The notes under the pieces are model-generated. The model was not told where the DNA came from. It searched no databases and worked only from the letters and a program-made list of their open reading frames with translations. The translations under genes were made by a program, and so were the position numbers. 64,000 nt of DNA from positions 32,465 to 96,464 of the forward strand of contig JAMLHA010000002.1 in assembly GCA_023957475.1 (NCBI GenBank). The letters are read 5' to 3'. The number at the start of each line of letters is the position of its first letter. The first letter of the stretch is position 1. This document shows, in pieces, positions 58,644 through 64,000 of the stretch. Origin of the DNA: Crocinitomicaceae bacterium. GTDB lineage: Bacteria > Bacteroidota > Bacteroidia > Flavobacteriales_D > Crocinitomicaceae.

Positions 58644-59911
58644 AAGTAGATGTACTTTTAGGGTTACAGTGGGGTGACGAAGGAAAAGGAAAAATCGTTG
58701 ACGTATTAACACCTCAATATGATATTATTGCACGTTTTCAAGGTGGACCAAATGCAGGTCACACGTTGGAATTTGAGGGTATTAAGCATGTATTGCATAC
58801 CATTCCCTCTGGAATTTTTAGAAAAGATGTAATCAATATTGTCGGTAATGGTGTGGTGATTGACCCTGTTATTTTTAATGGTGAATTGGAAAAATTACGC
58901 CCATTCAATGTTGATTTCAAAAAAGTACTATTGATTTCTAAAAAAGCACATTTAATTTTGCCAACACATAAATTATTAGATGCTGCTTCTGAACAATCAA
59001 AAGGAAAAAATAAAATTGGTTCAACATTAAAAGGTATCGGTCCAACATATATGGACAAAACAGGTAGAAATGGTTTGCGTGTAGGCGACATTCTTTCTCC
59101 AAATTTCAAAGATAAATACGATGCCTTAGTTGAAAAACATTTGGGTATCTTAAAGCATTACGAAGATTTTACGTTTGATTTATCAGCATTGGAAAAACCT
59201 TGGTTCGAAGGAATTGAAGTGATGAAACAATTGGATTTTATTGACAGTGAACATTATGTGAATGCAGCATTGAAAGCAGGTAAAAAAGTGTTGGCTGAAG
59301 GTGCACAAGGAACTATGTTGGATGTTGATTTTGGTACATATCCGTTTGTTACTTCGTCCAATACAGTAACTGCTGGAACTTGCACTGGGTTAGGTGTAGC
59401 TCCTTCTAAAATTGGAAATGTTATCGGTATTTTTAAAGCATATTGTACACGTGTAGGTTCTGGACCTTTCCCAACTGAATTAAACGATGAGGTGGGTGAG
59501 AAAATCCGTAAAGATGGGCATGAATTTGGTGCAACAACAGGGCGACCAAGAAGAACCGGTTGGATCGATTTGCCAGCATTGAAATATGCAATTATGATCA
59601 ATGGCGTTACCGAATTATCAATGATGAAAGCAGACGTACTTGATGATTTTGATGCAATTAAAGTGTGTACACATTACATCGTGAATGGCGAAAAAATTGA
59701 CTATTTCCCATTTGATATCAATGATGTGGAGGTTACTCCTGTTTACGAAGAAGTGAAGGGATGGAACACAAACTTAACAAATTTGACTAATTTTGCGGAT
59801 GCTCCGACTGAATTAAAAGACTACATTAAATATTTGGAACGAAATTTGGAGGTTCCTGTTACAGTGGTTTCAGTTGGGCCAGATAGAACGCAAACGTTGA
59901 ATACAAAGTGA
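58640..59911 (+). CDS. purA: Adenylosuccinate synthetase
   Basis: GLQWGDEGKGK, GGPNAGHT, GATTGRPRR. Confidence 0.97.
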   Translation: MKVDVLLGLQWGDEGKGKIVDVLTPQYDIIARFQGGPNAGHTLEFEGIKHVLHTIPSGIFRKDVINIVGNGVVIDPVIFNGELEKLRPFNVDFKKVLLISKKAHLILPTHKLLDAASEQSKGKNKIGSTLKGIGPTYMDKTGRNGLRVGDILSPNFKDKYDALVEKHLGILKHYEDFTFDLSALEKPWFEGIEVMKQLDFIDSEHYVNAALKAGKKVLAEGAQGTMLDVDFGTYPFVTSSNTVTAGTCTGLGVAPSKIGNVIGIFKAYCTRVGSGPFPTELNDEVGEKIRKDGHEFGATTGRPRRTGWIDLPALKYAIMINGVTELSMMKADVLDDFDAIKVCTHYIVNGEKIDYFPFDINDVEVTPVYEEVKGWNTNLTNLTNFADAPTELKDYIKYLERNLEVPVTVVSVGPDRTQTLNTK

Positions 59912-61560
59912 TCAATAAAATCGACATATTCAGAAAATTTGCGCTTTCAATAAGCGCATTTTTTTTATGTTTAAATGTTTTTTCCCAAGCATTTGGAGAA
60001 TTATTGCCTGGCTCCAGCACATTGATTTACGATGAGGCAAAAGGTGTGCATAAATTACTCGATGGTGCCAATTTTATTTACAAAGGAAACACCATGTACA
60101 GCGATTCTGCTTACTATTTTGAAAAAGACAAGACCGTAAGAGCGTATGGGCATGTAAATATCCGAAAATCGGATAATGTCAACTTGTTTTGTGATTCTTT
60201 GTGGTACCATTCCAATACAGGATTGGCTTATTTATGGGGGCACGTGAGAGCAATGGATTCACAATACCGGCTAACAACCGATTCCATGATTTACAACACC
60301 AAAAATGAACAAGGTATTTACCGTCACGGGGGAAAAATTGAAAACACACTGAAAAATGAAGTGTTGACCAGTAAAATAGGCTATTTCCAACCCAATTCCA
60401 AGAATTTTTTCTTTAGAAACAACGTCGTTTATACATCTGATGAGTTGCGAATGACGACAGATTCGTTGCAATACAAATACGAAAAAAGCACCTGTTATTT
60501 TTTCGGAACGACTTGTATCGCCACAAAAGACGCTTTTTTAGAAGGAGAAAAAGGTTGGTATAATGTGGATACAGAAGAGGGAAGTATTGCCATCAATGCG
60601 ATGATAGAACAAAAGTCACGCATTATCAAAGGGGATTCACTGTACTATTCGCCCGTTTTGAAAATAGCCGAAGCGTTTAATCATGTTTCAGTGGTTGATA
60701 CTACCGATAAAGTTGCGTTTACAAGTGATTATGCCATCATGAATGATTCACTCAAATATTCACTTTTGACAAAAAATGCCATTCTGACAAAATACCATCA
60801 AAAAGATACGTTGCACATTCATGCCGATACTTTGTACAATTTAAATGATTCACTCGATAACCGTAAATTAACATTGGGCTATCACGGAGTGAAAATCTTT
60901 AGCTCAAAAATACAAGGAGTAGGAGATAGCCTTTCGTATGCACGAGAAGATGGCTACATGGAATTGTACCGAAAACCAATGCTGTGGGCTCAAAATGGTG
61001 AGTTAAAAGGCGATTCGATGCGGGTGTATATGAATGATACGATTATAGATAAAGCACATATTTGGGGAAAAGCAACAGCTGTTATGGAACTGGATTCAGG
61101 AAATTATTACAACCAATTGGGAGGCAAAGATATTTGGGCTCATTTTGTGAAAAATGAACTAAAAACAGTGAAAATAACGGGAAATGCACAAACCGTCTAT
61201 TTTCCAGAAGAAGAGCAAGGTAAACAAGAAATACCCCTAGTTGATAGTGTACAAATGAATCAGCCAGGAGATAGTTTAATCGTCAATCAGCCTGAAACGG
61301 TAGTAGATACCTTGAGTAAAGATACAAGTCTATTTAAAACTGTTATGGTGATTAAACGTTTGGGAATGAATCGTTTTTATGCATCGGACATAAAAGTTTA
61401 TTTGGATAGTGGAGAAGTGGTAGGAGTAACTTATTATGAAAAACCAGATGGTGTTTTTTATCCAATGGATCAAATCAATAAAGAAGAGCAATTTATTCAA
61501 AATTTTTCTACTAATTTTGTATTGAGACCTAAATCTATAGATGATTTATTAAAAGAATAA
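59908..61560 (+). CDS. OstA/LptA-like beta-jellyroll protein
   Basis: Repeated DS(L/M)xY/AxG motifs; signal peptide; typical position after purA. Confidence 0.78.
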   Translation: MINKIDIFRKFALSISAFFLCLNVFSQAFGELLPGSSTLIYDEAKGVHKLLDGANFIYKGNTMYSDSAYYFEKDKTVRAYGHVNIRKSDNVNLFCDSLWYHSNTGLAYLWGHVRAMDSQYRLTTDSMIYNTKNEQGIYRHGGKIENTLKNEVLTSKIGYFQPNSKNFFFRNNVVYTSDELRMTTDSLQYKYEKSTCYFFGTTCIATKDAFLEGEKGWYNVDTEEGSIAINAMIEQKSRIIKGDSLYYSPVLKIAEAFNHVSVVDTTDKVAFTSDYAIMNDSLKYSLLTKNAILTKYHQKDTLHIHADTLYNLNDSLDNRKLTLGYHGVKIFSSKIQGVGDSLSYAREDGYMELYRKPMLWAQNGELKGDSMRVYMNDTIIDKAHIWGKATAVMELDSGNYYNQLGGKDIWAHFVKNELKTVKITGNAQTVYFPEEEQGKQEIPLVDSVQMNQPGDSLIVNQPETVVDTLSKDTSLFKTVMVIKRLGMNRFYASDIKVYLDSGEVVGVTYYEKPDGVFYPMDQINKEEQFIQNFSTNFVLRPKSIDDLLKE

Positions 61561-61572
61561 AGTAATAAACCA

Positions 61573-61644
61573 GCCCTCGTAGTTCAACGGATAGAACAAA
61601 AGTTTCCTAAACTTTAGATGCAAGTTCGATTCTTGCCGAAGGCA
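61573..61644 (+). tRNA. tRNA-Arg(CCT)
   Basis: Anticodon arm AAAGT-TTCCTAA-ACTTT; T-arm GCAAG-TTCGATT-CTTGC; one C4:A69 acceptor mismatch; CCA not encoded. Confidence 0.88.
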
Positions 61645-61663
61645 CAAATTAAAATACATTAAC

Positions 61664-62830
61664 GTGAATAATTTTGAGGCATATAACCCAACACGAATAG
61701 TTTTTGGTAAAGATCAATACCACCGAATCAATGAATTGATGACCGAGCAATCAATCAAAAAAGTGTTGCTTGTTTATGGAGGAGGAAGCATAAAGAAAAA
61801 TGGTATTTACGACCAAGTAATGGCACATCTTGCCAATTTTTCTGTGGTTGAATTTGGAGGAGTTGAAGCAAATCCAGAATATTCAACATTGATGAAGGCT
61901 GTAGAAATTGTAAAAAAAGAATCCATAGATTTTATTTTAGCAGTTGGAGGTGGCTCTGTGATCGATGGAGTGAAATTTATTGTTGGAGCAGCTCTATACG
62001 ATGGAGAACCGTGGGATGTTTTAGAACGAAAACCAGGCTGTAAATTTACCAATGCACTTCCTTTTGGAGTGGTGTTAACATTACCTGCTACTGGTTCGGA
62101 AGCCAATTCATCGGCGGTAATAAATCGCTCAGAACTGAAAATGAAAAGAACATTGGGTGGACCCAATTTATTTCCCATATTTTCTATTTGCAACCCGCAA
62201 GTTGTAGCATCTCTACCAAAACGTCAGATCGTAAATGGAATTGTTGATTCATTTATGCATACATTGGAACAATACCTGACCTATCCAAGCGGAAATTTAT
62301 TGCAGCAACGGCAAGCAGAATCTATTTTACAAACACTTGTAGAAATAGCACCAAAAATCCTTGAAAACCCAAGTGATTACGAGGCGGCAGCCAATTTGAT
62401 GTGGTGTTCTACACATGCGCTAAATGGAAATCTAAGAGCTGGAGTGCCAACCGATTGGTGTACCCACATGATTGGGCATGAATTAACTGCTTTTTATGGT
62501 ATTGACCATGCAAGAACATTGGCGATTATAGCACCTCGTTTATTTGAAAATCAATTTGATAATAAATTTAACCTATTGGTGCAATATGGAAAAAGAGTTT
62601 GGAATTTAAGCGGCGATGATAAAATGATTGCAAACCAAGCAATTACCAAAACCGAAAGTTTTTTTCAACAACTGGGTATCCAAACAAAAATTTCAGATTA
62701 TACAACAAATACAGCATTCATAGCTGACGAAATTAAAAATAGATTCATCGACAGAGGTTGGACAGGAATGGGAGAACGAAAAGCAATAACTCCAGATGAT
62801 GTCAAAGAAATCGTTTTAAACGCTATTTAA
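61664..62830 (+). CDS. Iron-containing alcohol dehydrogenase (YqhD-like)
   Basis: AVGGGSVID, TLPATGSE, HMIGHELTA, HARTLA. Confidence 0.92.
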   Translation: MNNFEAYNPTRIVFGKDQYHRINELMTEQSIKKVLLVYGGGSIKKNGIYDQVMAHLANFSVVEFGGVEANPEYSTLMKAVEIVKKESIDFILAVGGGSVIDGVKFIVGAALYDGEPWDVLERKPGCKFTNALPFGVVLTLPATGSEANSSAVINRSELKMKRTLGGPNLFPIFSICNPQVVASLPKRQIVNGIVDSFMHTLEQYLTYPSGNLLQQRQAESILQTLVEIAPKILENPSDYEAAANLMWCSTHALNGNLRAGVPTDWCTHMIGHELTAFYGIDHARTLAIIAPRLFENQFDNKFNLLVQYGKRVWNLSGDDKMIANQAITKTESFFQQLGIQTKISDYTTNTAFIADEIKNRFIDRGWTGMGERKAITPDDVKEIVLNAI

Positions 62831-62922
62831 ATGTTAACTTTTCAAAAAAATAAATTGTTGTTGATTTCTTTTTAAAGCTACCTTTTTAAATTTGTTTACT
62901 TTTGATTAAAAATAAAATATAA

Positions 62923-63636
62923 TTGTCAGACGCATTAATAATTATACCGACTTATAACGAAAAAGAAAACGTTGAAAGAATGACCAGAAAAGTCATGTCT
63001 TTGGAAAAGTCATTTGATCTACTTTTTATTGATGATGCCTCACCTGATGGTACTGCCACAATTATTAAGACCTTAATGAATGAATTTCCAAATCGTATTT
63101 TTATTGAAGAAAGAAAAGGTAAATTAGGATTGGGAACAGCTTATATTCATGGGTTTAAATGGGCAATAACACATCAATACGATTATATTTTTGAAATGGA
63201 TTGTGATTTTTCGCATAATCCAGATGATTTGATTCGACTTTACAATGCTTGCGCTATAGATGGTGCTGATTTTAGTATAGGTTCACGATACATTCATGGT
63301 GGAAAAGTTGAAAACTGGCCAATGAGACGATTGTTGTTGTCCTATTTTGCCAGTGTTTATGTTCGATTGATTCTTCTAATCAATATACGTGACACAACTG
63401 CTGGTTTTAAATGCTACAAAAGAAAGGTATTGGAAACAATCAACTTAGATGGAAATACGTTTAAAGGATATGCTTTTCAAATTTGCATGAAATTTGCAGC
63501 ATTAAAACATGGATTTAAAGCAATCGAAGTTCCAATTACATTTGTAGATAGAATATATGGAGAATCCAAAATGAGTTCTGGAATCTTTAAGGAAGCATTT
63601 TTTGGAGTTTGGAAAATGAGGAGAATGAAATTATGA
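62923..63636 (+). CDS. Polyprenol monophosphomannose synthase-like GT2 glycosyltransferase
   Basis: [35 protein letters not shown]. Confidence 0.9.
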   Translation: MSDALIIIPTYNEKENVERMTRKVMSLEKSFDLLFIDDASPDGTATIIKTLMNEFPNRIFIEERKGKLGLGTAYIHGFKWAITHQYDYIFEMDCDFSHNPDDLIRLYNACAIDGADFSIGSRYIHGGKVENWPMRRLLLSYFASVYVRLILLINIRDTTAGFKCYKRKVLETINLDGNTFKGYAFQICMKFAALKHGFKAIEVPITFVDRIYGESKMSSGIFKEAFFGVWKMRRMKL

Positions 63637-64000
63637 CGAATTATCTGTTGAAGAACGCTTTAATTGTCAATGAAGGATTGACAAAGCAAGGAGATGTTTA
63701 TATAAAAAATGGTTTAATTGAGAAGATTGGAGAAAACCTTTCGATTGATGAAAACCATGAAGTTATTGATTTGAACGGAGCTTACTTGCTTCCAGGCTGT
63801 ATTGATGACCAAGTACATTTTAGAGAGCCAGGATTAACGCACAAAGCAACCATCGAGACAGAATCTCGTGCAGCTGTGGCAGGTGGAATTACATCTTATA
63901 TGGAAATGCCAAATACCGTGCCAAATGCATTGACGCAAGAATTGTTAGAAGATAAATACCAAATTGCTTCAAAAACATCGATAGCCAACTATTCATTTTT
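63633..64000 (+). CDS. pyrC: Dihydroorotase, N-terminal part (runs off window)
   Basis: ATGA overlap with upstream gene; [31 protein letters not shown]. Confidence 0.9.
   Translation, partial: MTNYLLKNALIVNEGLTKQGDVYIKNGLIEKIGENLSIDENHEVIDLNGAYLLPGCIDDQVHFREPGLTHKATIETESRAAVAGGITSYMEMPNTVPNALTQELLEDKYQIASKTSIANYSF

Noticed and set aside
418-62193. Numerous short antisense or overlapping ORFs in the track
   Set aside because: They overlap well-supported genes on the opposite strand or frame and show no recognisable motifs.

Overview
AT-rich chromosomal window from a Bacteroidota bacterium (Flavobacteriales-like; gene content suggests Crocinitomicaceae, by inference). It is mostly housekeeping genes (hflX, recG, exbBD, fsa, clpS, plsY, prmA, tpiA, folP, dnaE, rplY, prs, pntAB, acs, purE, fur, purA, pyrC) plus three tRNAs. 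The main accessory block (about 8.7-20.1 kb) is a complete-looking type II-C CRISPR-Cas9 locus with unusual features: 25 repeats of 57 nt, two of them expanded to 103/105 nt by the same 48-nt insert that carries a degenerate anti-repeat; two tandem truncated RhuM-family genes between cas9 and cas1; and a palindrome abutting the cas1 start. Next to it are a divergent DEAD-box helicase / cold-shock-domain pair and an att-like relic at tRNA-Arg(ACG). Other points: a 16-bp palindrome (ATCGYAATATTGCGAT) seen six times, including inside genes; a 2149-aa TPR/PD40/coiled-coil/SPOR protein; a LolC/E permease with a ~139-aa insertion; and an internally deleted YoeB-type toxin missed by the ORF track. 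All calls were made by eye; no searches or folding programs were run.
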